Source of the DNA: Eledone cirrhosa
Lineage: Eukaryota
Length of the DNA: 64,000 bases
Direction of reading: 5' to 3'
NCBI GenBank assembly: GCA_964016885.1
Contig: OZ024740.1
Span: 400,396,001-400,460,000, forward strand
Positions within the stretch are counted from its first letter, which is position 1, and each line of letters opens with the position of its first letter. The notes below the pieces were generated by a model. It was not told the DNA's origin. It worked only from the letters and a program-made list of their open reading frames with translations, and ran no database searches. Of this stretch, positions 1-14,256 are shown piece after piece. The position numbers and the translations under genes were made by a program.

Positions 1-314
1 GATGGATTGTAACTGTAATTCAATGGGCCAGCCTTGTCATACACTCTAGCACGTGAATCTCCCTAAGAATTATGTGGAATGTTCAGACACTTATACATTA
101 ATTCGATGAGTCGGCTGTTCCGTTGATCGAAAAACTGGACCACTCTTCATCGAAAGCATCGGAGGTCATATGTATGTATGTACATATGTATGTATCTAGA
201 TAAATAGTTATGAATTTATGAATGTATGAACGTATGCTTATATGCATATATAAATTTATGCACGTTTTTCTGATGATATTCTTTCATATATCAAGAAAAA
301 GATAGAACGATAGA

Positions 315-395
<81 letters not shown>

Positions 396-1127
396 AAGAG
401 ATACACAGATAGAGAAAGAGTAAGATCTAGATTCTAATCAAGAAACAATAGACCTGCATCGGAATTTAGCCATCTACGTAAATACGTATCTGTTTGCGAG
501 TGTTCAGGTATGGATGCAATTACATGTGTGGATCAGTATGTTTTGCGTTATATGTGCACATATACATAAGTCACTTTATCCATTCATGTGCATAGGCAGT
601 TATTACATACATATTTTACGTCTTTTTAGATTTACTGGGTGAATATTACTAAAAAAAATCCTTCCGATACCTCATGTAGGCAAACTTATCACACGGAAAG
701 TCTTTTACGGGTAGAGGTTAGTATGGGTATCTAAGAAATTTGATGTGTCTAGCTGTTTGGAGTGATGTTAAGACTCTGCCTGGCTTATCTGGGTATTAGG
801 AGAGGATATAGAAGAAATGTCCGCCATTAATTTAACAGAAGTATTATCCACCATTAATTTAGAGTGCACAGAGATTTCTGAGGATCATATTTTTCTTATC
901 CCGGTTATATTGGTTAAACTTTCCTTGATAACAATTGCATCAAATCATATATTTTTATCTATCTCTACGTATATGTATATCCCGTCAGATACCAGTGAAA
1001 CCTTCAGACTGGTGACAGAGATGTTGCTAGACTAGCATTTTCGAGGTGATGTAGGCAGGGCAAGGTATTTAATTATACCATTTTTATGTACAAAAAAGTA
1101 CAGAATAAGCACAACATACATATATGT

Positions 1128-1207
<80 letters not shown>

Positions 1208-1316
1208 GTTCGGCCGGTCCCCTGTATCATGAAAAGAAAATCTTTTTCGAGGAAATTATTTGATTTTTCTGAATTTAAAGGTTTATTAAGAACGTTGATG
1301 TTTATTTTACGTTTTG

Positions 1317-1374
1317 CCGTCTGAAGAGCTCAGGCTCTCTAAACTGATAGTCCTCAGCGAAATATGCATAACGG
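1317..1374 (+). ncRNA. Minimal hammerhead ribozyme
   Basis: ccgt-CTGAAGA-gct...agc-GAAA-tatgca-TA-acgg. Stem I is ccgt/acgg. Confidence 0.72.
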
Positions 1375-1801
1375 AGTTTTAAATAAACTGGAATTAACTG
1401 AACATGGACTCCGATCTTTTATTAATATATAATGCTCCGTCTTGTACCATTTATACAGATCGTTGAGCCATTCTATTTATCTGCTTCACAACCGACACAC
1501 TATGGTGTGATCAGCACATCCCTGTTCTGTTAATCTCTCTCTCTCTCTTTCACTCTCTCTCTCTCTCTATATATATATATAGTAATAATAAATACAAGCA
1601 CCAAAATTGAAAGAGGACTCAATAATGATTATTTATACATAAGTATATATAAACCCATAGAACAACTATTTTAGATGAACCCGCTTCGGGTGGAAGCAGA
1701 AATGTTTTGCTTAAACTTCTAATCTGCACAACTAATATATAACTATATATAAATACACACACACACACACGCGTGCGCACACGCACACGCACACACAAAC
1801 G

Positions 1802-1835
<34 letters not shown>

Positions 1836-2552
1836 GCTTGTATGTGTGTGTTTTTTATGATATATCCTCACGTTAAACTGAAAAAAATATATAATTCTAT
1901 GCTAAAAAAATAGATGTTTATTAAGGTGTTTAGAATTTTTACAAGACTTTGTACCATATTTTCTCTTTCAGTGCTCAAATATAACTAGTTTGGCGAGGAA
2001 ATTATTCATCTAAGTTATATGGTACCTAATTTATTTTATGGCTTAATGTTGTTATTGTTGCTGCTGTTCTCTAAAATGTTTATGCATTTTTGTTGGGGCG
2101 TTTGTTCTATTTCGCTTCGGGCAACATCTTGATTTTAACTTAACTGAATTGCAATTAATTAAAGAAGGACGAAATTATGTTTGACTTCTTGTTAAAATGT
2201 AGTCGTTTCAATTTCTCTGTTTTCTCTACTTCTCTCCTTTCTCTTACATATTTCCTTCTATCCTTCCTTCCTTCTTACGTTTTTCCATCTATCCCTTCCT
2301 TCCTTCTTTTTGCCCTTCCTTTCTTTCTCTTTCCTCAGAAATAATGCTTATACGTGTATCTAGCAACGAGAACGTTCCCCGAGGTACAATGTCTCAGCCC
2401 TATTCTTGATATGCCTAAACAGCCTCACCAGATTCCCTCTCTTCATCTACATATAAATACACACAGACACACAGACACAGATGCACACACATACACACAC
2501 ACACATACACCTCCCCATATATATATATGTATATATATATATTTATATATAT

Positions 2553-2583
<31 letters not shown>

Positions 2584-2636
2584 AATATATATATGTATAT
2601 ACTTACCCCCCCCCCCCCCCCTCCCACACACACATG

Positions 2637-2703
<67 letters not shown>

Positions 2704-3228
2704 CTTCCTGCCAACTGAGTATAATATACTACACTGAGTAGGTCTAATAAAAACGAATTATTTTCGTTGCTTCTACGGGATTGCTTTAAAGAAATGATCG
2801 ACAGCCATCTGCAATCTCTTTATTTTCCAAACGTTTAACTTAGCAAACTGTATCTCCCTTGCTTATTCTGATTTAAAATATTCCTAAAAGGGAAAGAGTA
2901 CCTTCTAATTGCATGTATGCATGTATCCATGTATGTATGTATGGATGTATGTATATATGTATGCATGTATGTATGTATGTATGTATGTATGTATGTATGT
3001 ATGTATGTATGGGCATTCTTCTAGGAGAAGGCAACTAAGGAAACTGGGATAACCCCGATATAAAACCTGCGGCTCAGTAGTTACCGATGATGTTGATCTT
3101 TTCTTCTTTTCGGGTTATAGCTACTGTCACCCAGAGAGTGGGATTGGCTCAGTTCACAGTCTTTCCTCACTTTAAAAAATATCTTCATGCACAGGCATTG
3201 CACGATAGAATTAATTAATAATTATTAA

Positions 3229-3373
3229 TAATTGTTTCTACTTTTGGCACAAGTCCATCAATAACCCAGTACATTACTGGTACTTTCTTTTATCGACCCG
3301 TAAGGATGAAAGGCAAAGTTAACCTCGGCGGGATTTGAACTCAGACCCTCTACCGATACTGCCAATCCACCGC
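3229..3373 (-). mobile_element. tRNA-derived SINE
   Basis: Minus strand has B box gagttcaaatcc followed by gaggttaactttgcctttcatcct...cttgtgccaaaagtagaaacaatta. Confidence 0.85.
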
Positions 3374-3464
3374 AATAATTATTAATAATGGTATATCATG
3401 CAATGGCCATACTCGATAACGAGGGGGCAGCCATCATCATCATGTATGTATGTATGTATGTATG

Positions 3465-3491
<27 letters not shown>

Positions 3492-3495
<4 letters not shown>

Positions 3496-4082
3496 CTGGT
3501 AACATGTATTCCAGTACAACCTGTCCCATGGTAGGGTCGTTGGCGACTAAACTGGCAACCCCACCAAGGCTTCTTGGTGAGGAAGGTGATTTTGGACATC
3601 TTGCAGGACTAAAAACAAAACCTGTCAAAGGGCAAAGGAGCTCTTAAGTGTCAATGGCCATCCAAAATCACCGGGAGAGATGATCCCTTAGCCTTTGTCA
3701 AGGCAGAATTCTAGGAGAAGGAAAACTCTGATATAACACCTGCAGCCCTGATGATATCCAATGATGTTGACTTGTTCTTCTTTTTGGTAAATATCATCTT
3801 GGTTAAGAGAGTGGGACTGGCTTTGTGCAGTGCCTTTGCTCACTATAAAACTTTCACGGCACAGGCATTGCTTTATATCTGGAGATCTCTCTGCACTTGT
3901 CATCACATGGTACCATGGGCCCAGCACTATGTGTCAATAATTGTCACAAGTGTAGTGTTTGAACCAGATCTTTCAAGTCGTTGACTGGACTAAAAAGTCA
4001 CACTCGTTCAGTGCATCGGTAGGGGTTCTCCTACATGGATATAAAGTAGTGGCCGTACTCGAAAACGAGTTGGCAGCCACCA
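3492..4082 (+). mobile_element. Short non-coding repeat with (TATG)n tail, possibly a non-autonomous LINE derivative
   Basis: Internal parts recur at 3011-3200(+), 7365-7585(-) and 7862-7975(-). The 3' end tggccgtactcgaaaacgag..ggcagccaccatgtatg recurs at 3404-3445. Confidence 0.6.
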
Positions 4083-4358
4083 TGTATGTATGCATGTATG
4101 TATATCTATGTGTACGTTTGCATGTATATGTATGGGTATATGGATATATGTATCTATGTATGTATATGTCATGAACCTGTATTGGAAATAGGTATTGGTA
4201 ACTACGAAAATCTATTTAACTCTGAAGGTGAGGTAACAATATATTTTCTCTTCCGCCCCCTCTCTCTCAGACACTAAATTTGCATGTACTTATAAACTTA
4301 TATACATCCCCTTATCGCACTATCTCCACAGACACACATTTATGTATATATATATATT

Positions 4359-4455
<97 letters not shown>

Positions 4456-4532
4456 ATATAGATAGAGAGAGAGAGAGAGAGAGATAGATAGATAAATATA
4501 CACAGGTGTGTATGATTGTGTATAGAAGATTA

Positions 4533-4906
4533 TATTAATAAAAGGAATTCCAACTTTGTCTGATTTACTCGTTTTATTTACAATCCTTTAAAATTTATAA
4601 TGGTATTAGAATGAAATAGTATGGTAGAATATTAAATGTTAAGAGTTAATTGATAAAGTACTTTCATGCTTTCGCAATCTTCAGGTTCATAATGTGTGGT
4701 GACAGTCAAGTTTGCAACAGTTGAAAATTGCAAACTTGACTGTCACCACACATTATGAACCTGAAGATTGCGAAAGCATGAAAGTACTTGTTCAATTAAC
4801 ACTTAACATTTAATATTCTACCATACTATTTCATTCTAATACCATTATATACTTTAAAGGATTGTAAATAAAACGAGTAAATCAGAGAAGGTTGGAATTC
4901 CTTTTA

Positions 4907-4912
<6 letters not shown>
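4533..4912. repeat. Fold-back element, ~185 bp arms with ~10 bp spacer, hammerhead in each arm
   Basis: taataaaaggaattccaac...gtcaagtttgcaa is mirrored by ttgcaaacttgac...gttggaattccttttatta with few mismatches. (TA)n follows. Confidence 0.92.
4756..4794 (+). ncRNA. Minimal hammerhead ribozyme (mirror copy on minus strand at ~4652-4690)
   Basis: tgaac-CTGAAGA-t-tgc-gaaa-gca-t-GAAA-gtac-TT-gttca. Palindromic stem III AGTACT; GNRA-capped stem II. Confidence 0.8.
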
Positions 4913-4978
<66 letters not shown>

Positions 4979-5277
4979 TATTGAAGTTTGCTTGAAGCAT
5001 TGTGGAATAATAAGGTAAATTTCTTTAAGTCGTTTGGAAGCGTCGACAATACAGATGGGTAAATCTCCGGGTAACAAGCTCCGGTGGTGGAGAGAGAGAT
5101 GTAAGCGGGTGTACGTTGAGATGCGTGGCGTGTATAAGACTGTAACGTGTAGAGGAATGAAGCAAAGAGCGTAAAGGATAAAAATAAAAATAACAACACG
5201 AGAAAGAGTTACCTTGGGAGAGATTTAATTGTCCCTATATATTTCGGATTCAAATCCATCAACGTTATATATATATA

Positions 5278-5451
5278 ACGAAGGAGGTGTGGTAAGGAAC
5301 CAGATGGACCATAACGCACCAGAGTACTCAATACTTAGGGTAGTAGAGTGGGTAATAGGAAAATGTTTAAACCCGACGGCAGAGCTCAAACCGTTTCGAC
5401 GGCTTTTTCTGGACTTCAGAAATAGCCGTCGAAACGGCTTGAGCTTTTTCC

Positions 5452-5453
<2 letters not shown>
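5278..5453. mobile_element. Family B fold-back remnant
   Basis: acgaaggaggtgtggtaaggaaccagatggaccataacgcaccagagtactc... then gagctcaaaccgtttcgacggct / agccgtcgaaacggcttgagct hairpin. TA runs on both flanks. Confidence 0.85.
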
Positions 5454-5491
<38 letters not shown>

Positions 5492-5689
5492 TATAAAATG
5501 GAATAGAATGAAATGAAATGAAATTTCTCACTCTTAGTACAGCACTTACTTAAATGTAACAAAAATATATAATGGTATTAGAATGAAATAGTATGGGAGA
5601 ATATTAAATGTAACGTTTACAAACGGACAAAGCGAGCATTATAATAAATGTTCGCTAAACTGATACGTACATATATATATGTGTGCCTG

Positions 5690-5780
<91 letters not shown>

Positions 5781-6011
5781 GCTACTGTACGTCTGTATGC
5801 ATATATGTACGTATACATACATACTTACATTTAAGTAAGTGACGTACTAAGAGTGAGAAATGAAATTTCATTTCATTCTATTCCATTTTATCGTTCTCGG
5901 TGCGCCTGGCCGACTGAACTCACTCGATATGCAAATTGGGCTGCTCAGCAGTTAATTTTCATAAGGAAAGTATATACTTTCGAACGTTCAACCATCTGGC
6001 AGAAGGGTATA

Positions 6012-6052
6012 CGGTGCTGACGATAGCTAACAAGCTTGAAACTAGTACATCG
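6012..6052 (+). ncRNA. Minimal hammerhead ribozyme
   Basis: cggtg-CTGACGA-t-agct-aaca-agct-t-GAAA-ctag-TA-catcg. Palindromic stem III ACTAGT; GUA cleavage triplet. Confidence 0.85.
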
Positions 6053-6287
6053 TTCCTGTGTCAGTGTTGAACAAAAAGGTGACGTGGTTGCCTTAACACC
6101 GTACGGCATAAATCAGGCTGTCCGTTTGTTTACAAACGGACAAAGCGAGCATTATAATAAATGTTCGCTAAACTGATACGTACATATATATATGTGTGCC
6201 TGTATGTATATATATATATATATATATATATACATGCTACTGTACGTCTGTATGCATATATGTATGTACGTATACATACATACTTAC

Positions 6288-6353
<66 letters not shown>

Positions 6354-6516
6354 TGATATATATATATATATATATATATGATATATATTCTGATATATAA
6401 ACTGATACGTACATATATATATATGTGTGCCTGTATGTATATATATATATATATATATATACATGCTACTGTACGTCTGTATGCATATATGTATGTACGT
6501 ATACATACATACTTAC

Positions 6517-6566
<50 letters not shown>

Positions 6567-6624
6567 GGGCGGTGCCCCAGCATGGCCTCAGCCGGATGGC
6601 TGAAACAGGTAAAAGAGTAAAAGA

Positions 6625-6657
<33 letters not shown>

Positions 6658-6660
<3 letters not shown>

Positions 6661-6734
6661 GGTGTCACCCAAAAATGTATACACACTTTTTTTAGAATGC
6701 TGTTGAAGAATTTATACATTCTTTGGACACCCTA
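6658..6734. mobile_element. Tiny Tc1/mariner-type MITE
   Basis: TA-cagggtgtcacccaaaaatgtata ... tatacattctttggacaccct-aTA. Imperfect TIRs with TA flanks. Confidence 0.6.
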
Positions 6735-6740
6735 TATATA

Positions 6741-6953
6741 TGAACAATACAAACAATAACTCTGCTTGAGTGGGCCATGGTGCCCAAATCGCACCAGAGT
6801 ACTCAATACTTAGGGTAGTAGAGTGGGTAATAGGAAAATGTTTGACCCCGACGGCAGACCTCAAGCCGTTACGACGGCTATTTCTCAACTCAGATAGTCC
6901 AGAAATAGCCGTCGAAACGGTTTGACCTCTGCCATCGGGGTTAAACATTTTCC
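6741..6953. mobile_element. Family B fold-back remnant
   Basis: Shares cgcaccagagtactcaatacttagggtagtagagtggg. Arms aggaaaatgtttgaccccgacggcag... / ...ctgccatcggggttaaacattttcct. Confidence 0.85.
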
Positions 6954-7776
6954 TATATATATATATATATATATCGGTTGGACAATGAAAACAAAAATGA
7001 CGAGGTTCAGTGCTTCATTAATCCATTGTTTTCAAATGTTGAAATGAATAAGGATAATTTCAATATATTGACTAATCGATAGCTGCTATATAACTCCATA
7101 CCATTGATCCTGACAAAGTATATCCATCTCTCCATATATCTTCAGAAAAATTGCTCCATGAAGGTTTATAAAGAATATAGAAGTAATACAGGACAAAAGG
7201 ACATGTAGGTGATACGCAAATAATGAATAAAAACTTGAAAGCTAAATTATAAATGAAATAAATAATATAAACAAATCTTCATACACATAATAATTGCTCT
7301 CATACACTGATATATTCATTATGGTAGAATATTATTGTATATATGTATATATAATTCTACCGCCCAATGCCTGTGCGTGAAGATTCTTTTAAAGTGAGGA
7401 AAGACTGTGCACTGAGCCAATCCCACTCTCTGAGCGACAGTAGCCATAATCCGAAAAGAAGAAAAGTTCAACATCATCGCGAACTACTGAGCCGCAGGTT
7501 TTATATCGGAGTTATCCCACTTTCCTGAGATGCCTTCTCCTAGAAGAATGCCCTGACAAAAGCTAGGAATCCTTCACTCCCAGTGGTTTAACCGCGCGAT
7601 CGGGTGTCCAGCCCGACTATATCTATGTCCCCGCGCATATACACATATATGCACACATGCATATATATATATATATATATATATCACCTTGATCACCTTG
7701 ACTGACCAGTCTGTCGGGCGCCAATCGGCGCCGCTGGTCACAGCAAGTCGTGCTGTTTTATATATATATATTTTAT

Positions 7777-7839
<63 letters not shown>

Positions 7840-7991
7840 CTTATGGACATATGTACACATTTTTGGATGGCGGTTGACTCTTATGAGTTCTTCCGCGTTT
7901 TGTCAGGTTTTGTTTTTTGTCCTGCTAGGAGTCCAAAATCACCCTCCTCACCAAGTAAACTTAGTGTGTTTGCCGATTTATATAAACACAC

Positions 7992-8032
<41 letters not shown>

Positions 8033-9456
8033 ATGTGCTCTGGGGAAGAATTATAAAATGAATTGAAAGAGGGAGCAGTTTGTGGTTGACTGTGAGAATA
8101 TTAAGGTATTTCTGATTATAAGTGTGATGATGATGGTCGTGGATACTACTACAAGTAAATTACCTCTAAAGAAATAAATTAAAGGAAACAAGGTGTTTGG
8201 TCAGAGGAGAGGAGGCAGGATGTCAAAATTCGAAATAACAGTATCATCACTAATACATATATTATAGTGTACCTTGTATTGTGTTCAGAACAGCGACGTT
8301 GGAAATTCTAATGTTGCTTTCTCTTTTGCTGTAAAAAAAACTATAACGAAGACGACAACAACATATATTTCAACTGAACATGTAGGCTGAGTAACAGTGA
8401 CGAAGTTGCCTCTGTCTCAACTATCTCACAAACCTTGTGCTATTTCTATTAAAGGGGAAAAAATCACATTCGTGAATTTATTCCTAGAGATATTGAAAAA
8501 TACAGGCTTGTGTTGCTGGTCTAGGTCTCTTCATTAGCAGCTGAACCGGGACTGATGAAGGAAAGCTACAGAAAAACAACAACAAAATCAACAGATGCAC
8601 CGACAAACAGTTATATATTTTGATAACATCTCACTAATTATATTTATCTCAATGACCTGTCAGTCATATAAATGAATAAGCGTTAAATGAAATCTGCCAT
8701 AACCAATCAAATTCACAAAAAGAATCTTTTAGGCCTAGAATTCTTAGATTTAACTGAAATTAGAACACGAACTATGCTTCCTATACGTATATTATACGGA
8801 CATATTTATCTAAGTTGGGTTATAGAACGAACACAACGAGGAAGCGAAAGAAAATAACCATAATCAAAAACAGTACTTGTTATTTGACATATCTGCAAAT
8901 GTATTCTTCAAGGAAGTCAAGTTCAATCAGGAAATATGATATTATATTGCAAGGATATTTTTCTAGTATATCGGAGAATTCAATGGTACACTTCTCTTTG
9001 TGTACTACCCCTGCACAACTAAGAACCTTCCTAACGCATACTGATGAGATTTTAGAAGAACGAAACATGCCTGACGGAGTCATTGCATCGAGCAATGATC
9101 AGAGTATTCTTCTCATCATTATATTGTCTCATTCAATTTAAACCTCGGTGCGTGATCCCATTTTAAAATAATAGTTTTCTTAATTTGGAGCTGTCTCAGA
9201 ATCAGGTCCAATAGAGTAAAACAAGTGTGCCAAGGCTGTGAAAAACCTCGAAAATTGCTCAAAATATTAAGAAATCCTTCCTTGGGGACAATTTGACCCA
9301 CATGAACCCAATAGAATCAACGTAACCTTTCAAACATGTATATGTATGTGTGTCAGTGCACTGTGTCGGTGTGAGCATGTGTGTGCGTGTGTGTGTGTGC
9401 CTTTGTGTTTCTATATGTACGGTATATGTGCGTGTGTGTGTCTGTATATATATATT

Positions 9457-9498
<42 letters not shown>

Positions 9499-9979
9499 AA
9501 GAGTGAGAGAGAGAGGGAGAGAGAGAGAGGGAGAGAGAGAGAGAGAGGGTCACATAGGGGTAGTTTCCTAGATAGGTTGATAAATGAAACTCTATTCGCG
9601 TGTAATTATGTGGAGTGAGAGAATTATCCTAAATATTTAGGGAACTATCCAGTGACGCGTAAGAAAGTTCCAGGATTTAATGTGAAAACTGACTTGTTTA
9701 ATTCATATTCATTCTCCTCGAAATACTTTCGTATTTTAAGCACTCTTGACTGATTATACACATCCATCCATATATAAATACATACAATTATACATACACG
9801 TATATATCTATATATATATATCTATATATCTATATATACGTATGTAATTGACAACGGAGAGAAAATAGTATTCAATACCGAAGTAGAATTTTGATATTAA
9901 TTTTATTAAGTCTAAATAATGAGTCTCCAGTTACCCTGGAGTTTCACCTATTTATCACAAGGTCTTGTCGAAAGCAACC

Positions 9980-11130
9980 GTCAGAACTCATGGATGTTAT
10001 CCAACCATCTTGTCGAGGGTCTAACCCTGGTTCTCCTAACCGCTGATTTTGTCCGTAAAATCTGTTCAGCAATTCTTTTCTGAGACATTCTAACTACTTT
10101 CCCGTAATAACGGAGCTGTGATCTCTCAATTCGGAGAAGTAGGGCTTCTTCCTGGAGCGTCTCTCTATCTCCATGTTACGCACTCTTTCGAGAAACATTA
10201 CTCCAAGAACCGTTCGGAGGAAACTAATTTCGACCGCTTGCATTCGCGATCGTATTTTTTCTGCCATAACCCAAGATTCATGGCCATACGTAAGGTTTGA
10301 CACGAATACCGAATTGAAGATAGAGAGTTTGACTTTTGCACCCACCTCCCTTCTTCTGATTACCGAATGCCGAAGCTGGCGCATTACTACATCAGTTTCT
10401 GTAATTCTTGATCTTAATTCAGCTGTGAACCTTCCTTACTCGGGAACACGGCCTCGATATAATTGACCTTATCCAGCTACTTCAGTGGAAATTCATTCAC
10501 ATGTAGAGTGCAATGCACAGAATTCCTTGAGAGGATGCGTCTCTCAATCATCACAGCACAGATATCTATTCAAGCCATGCAGCACACGCCATGAAGCATA
10601 TCAAGTGCATGATGGAAATCACCTTCTGACGAGTTAAATAATACCATCTTCCTCAAATTCCATCCGATTGATCCTACATCACTTCCAAACCAGCTGCTAA
10701 TATCAATCTTGTTCATGAAAATAATGAACAGGAGATTGAATGTTTTCGATTTAGCACCATTTATCCGACCACAAAAACTCGTTTATTCGTATAGAGACAT
10801 CAACGCAAGACAAAGCTGAAGATCGTTCCCATATTCATGCAGAACCTTGGAACGCGATCATATCCTTTCTCGAGGTTTACAAAACACGAGGATACCTCTT
10901 AGCAGTACTCCCACGATGTTTCAAAGACTTGCTGCAGTGTGAATATTTGTTCGACTGTGCTTTGTCTGGGGCAAAAACTACTTTGTTCATCAGCTAACTT
11001 GGACTCGATAATTACCTTACATCTCTTTGCCAGAGACTTAGCATAGACTTTACCAGAGTGTCCTAACAAGGAAATCTCTCAATAATTGCAGCAATGTTTC
11101 TTGATTTGCTTTTCGAAAATTGGCATTATC
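9980..11130 (-). mobile_element. Decayed RTE-clade LINE, RT and C-terminal part
   Basis: KLSIFNSVFVSNLTYGHESWVMAEKIRSRMQAVEISFLR (10094-10384). Upstream remnants of the VNLEKGYDRV, QSTVEQIFTL and RxISLL motifs. Confidence 0.85.
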
Positions 11131-11448
11131 ACTCCCGGTTGCCATTGCTCAGTATCCACGAGATTAGTCATCGCCCCCAGATGTACCTACTGTATATCAG
11201 AAGATGCTGTTGTGATCGTGTTTTGTTGATCCTCAATGTATTTTTCCACCTCGCAAGGATGCACCTCACTGAAGACAAGAGAGCCCTAGATGTGGTTGTG
11301 ATCACAGGCGTGGAGGAAGACGCGTTATTACGAAGTCAGGGGATGATTTGCCAGAATACTTTATTTGATGATCTGAAGTCGGATTGCAGCTTAATCCTAA
11401 AGTTCTCCCATGACTTATCTTTGGACGCCGTTATTGTCTCTGCTGCAA

Positions 11449-11728
<280 letters not shown>

Positions 11729-12476
11729 AGAAGATAATTCCCATAACACCGAATTCTTAGGAGGTGGATAGAAATATACCCTCCAGATATGAAGGGTAGC
11801 TGCAAATATACTAAACAAGCAGTCGTCCTGCACCAAATCCCACGTTGCTGTTAGTCAAGGCATATTTCCTAGCAGCGACATATGCGGGGTTATACAGAGA
11901 TAATTTACTACATGTATTTATGCATTGTAATTATTGCACCCAGGATGGTATTTACACTACCCATAAAGATGATTCTTTACTCTTGCTTTCAATATAATTG
12001 AGTCATCTACACACAACATTCCAATGAGTCATGATGTGTTACCAATTGTAATTAAAAATATTGTCACAAAGAAAAAAAGTAACAGCGAAAGAAGTAACAG
12101 CGATAATATTGAACGAAAATTAGTAGAACTTGAAAATTTTATCCGCCATCAAATGAAAACAACCGATCTGGTATTGTTGTTGTTCAGGAACACATGAAAC
12201 AGAAGACACTCATTTGACATTAATGTGCTAAAAATGCAATTTGGATACCATTTATATTAAAATTCTTCTAAATCAATTTTCTATAAAATATATCCTTTCA
12301 ATACAACATGCGTACACATATGTCTGAATGCGTGTCATTGCATATGTGAATGTATTAACGTTTGTATATATATATATACATCACTTTGTTTGTGTAAACA
12401 TGTACATATATATATATATCGCTACACGCTAGATATGTATGTATGTTGTATGTATGTATGTAAGTATATATGTATG

Positions 12477-14256
12477 TTCTTCTGGTTTTATAATTTCACA
12501 AAGTTTTACCAATAGAGAGAGAGCCGGTTTCTAAAATAGACACAAGACTCTCATTGGAATTTACACAACATCAACTAGGTAGATATGTCTGCATGCATGC
12601 ATGTGTAGATATGGATGTTATTGTATATGTGGATGTGTATGTTTTGAGTTGTATGTGTGCATGTGTATATGCTTTGTATCTGTACATGTGTATATGCAGT
12701 TATTAGATGCAACATTTTTGGAATGTTTTACATATTTTTACTGTTCCATTAATGGATTGTACTTGTAATTTCCTAACTAGTTGTGTTCTTTCTGTTCCTG
12801 TGAAGCCTTGCTTCTCAAGATTTGTATTGAGGCAGTTACTAACATATCCCAGTGCCCCAATAATCACAGGCATAAATCTGAAGGTGTAATCAGGGTGGAG
12901 TATCTGCAGATTTCTCATCAGTTCTGCATAAATATTCTCCTTTTCACTAATCTTTGATATTATATTGGCATCTGCTGGGCAGCTAATTTCTACTACTGTG
13001 CATGTTTTCTTCTCCCTGTCGCATATCATAATATCTGGTCTGTTATGCCTGCATTTTATTGGGGTTTTTACTGGAACATTCCACCAGTACTCTTTCATAT
13101 TATGTACATGGATGTATTCCACATTGTTGTAGCTTTTAATGTGTTTATTATCAGGGCTATCTTTTTTACGAACTGCATTGTACAGTGTTTTGGCCACTAC
13201 ATCATGCCTCATAGGTAGATAGTACCGCGATGACATCTTTGGGCAGCTGCTGATGACATGGGTGATATCCTCGATGTTAGTTTTGCAGAGTCTGCACTTG
13301 TTATCACATCTAGGTGTTTTGCCTGCATCCCTATCTCTTTTGTGAATCAGGTATCTCGTGCTAATCTCATGTTCTTGGATTGCAAAAGCGTATCCTTCAA
13401 AGTGGGAGCCAATATAGTGGTTGTTGGTCCAAGATAGACTACTTTCCTTATCTATATTACTCTCACTCTGGAGCTTCCTGGCAACATATCCATGCATGAT
13501 TTTTTGCTGATAGACATGCAGTTTTTCATCCATGGATTCACTGCGATACTGCTGAGCGACATCCCTGGGTGTAAGTTTTTGATTATCACACAGGGAATAT
13601 CTCTCAAGGAGTTCCTTCCCAACTCTCATGATCTTATCTGTTTCATGCAGATAGACTTGCTCGAGAAGTGGGCTCCTACGCTTCGAGGTTCGTAGAAGTT
13701 GTCGGAGAGATATGATTCGACATTCAAATGTTGTCTGGACTGATGTTAGGGCCTCTGCCTCCCTGCTTACGTTTCAAGTAAAGGCAGTCTATGTTACTGT
13801 TGATGTGGAAGGTTCCGGTGTTGTTCAGTATTTTTCGAGTTCCAACATCAACTGCTCGGATTTCGTCTATCGTCCAATTGAGTATTCCAAACGTTGGTGT
13901 TAGGACAGGCACAGCAAACACATTGTGAGCCACTGTTTTGCGCAGAGAGTTCCGATGTCCAGATCTTTCTTAATCGGGTGTAGTATTCCCTGGTTACGCG
14001 TTCTTTATTACAGATACCATTATAGGGTATGTTCTCATCTATCCCCAGGTATCTGTAGCAGTCCTCATTAGATATCGGTGAAACAGTTAGACCATTGATG
14101 ACAATGTTGCTAGATTGGGTTGTTGTTTTTCCCCACTTTACAGTCATGTATGAGCATTTATCTTGGCCAAACTCCATTCCTATATCCTTTCAGAACGTTG
14201 TAACCAGGTCAAGATTTTTATTCATCCCATCCATGTTCTTGGCATAGAGTTTCAGA
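12477..14256 (-). mobile_element. Decayed 5'-truncated R4-like RT+RLE non-LTR retrotransposon in (TACA)n/(TATG)n
   Basis: Minus-strand frames give LKLYAK..., MEFGQDKC, YRYLGIDE, LYLKRKQGGRG, CRLCKTNIEDITHVISSC, RHDVVAK, RPDIMI...EISCPAD, with frameshifts and stops. (TATG)n on both flanks. Confidence 0.88.
12703..13629 (-). pseudogene. C-terminal ZnF/RLE portion of the R4-like element ORF
   Basis: 308 aa ORF with CCHC knuckle, RHD and PD..(D/E) endonuclease motifs, ending PVIIGALG. Confidence 0.88.

Noticed and set aside
8548-8580. CTGATGA...GAAA hammerhead candidate
   Set aside because: No stem I, II or III complementarity. The same applies to 50921.
8815-9320. piggyBac-like remnant (TDEILEE peptide; ggggacaatttgaccc end)
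   Set aside because: Too short and degenerate; no matching second TIR or TTAA pair identified.
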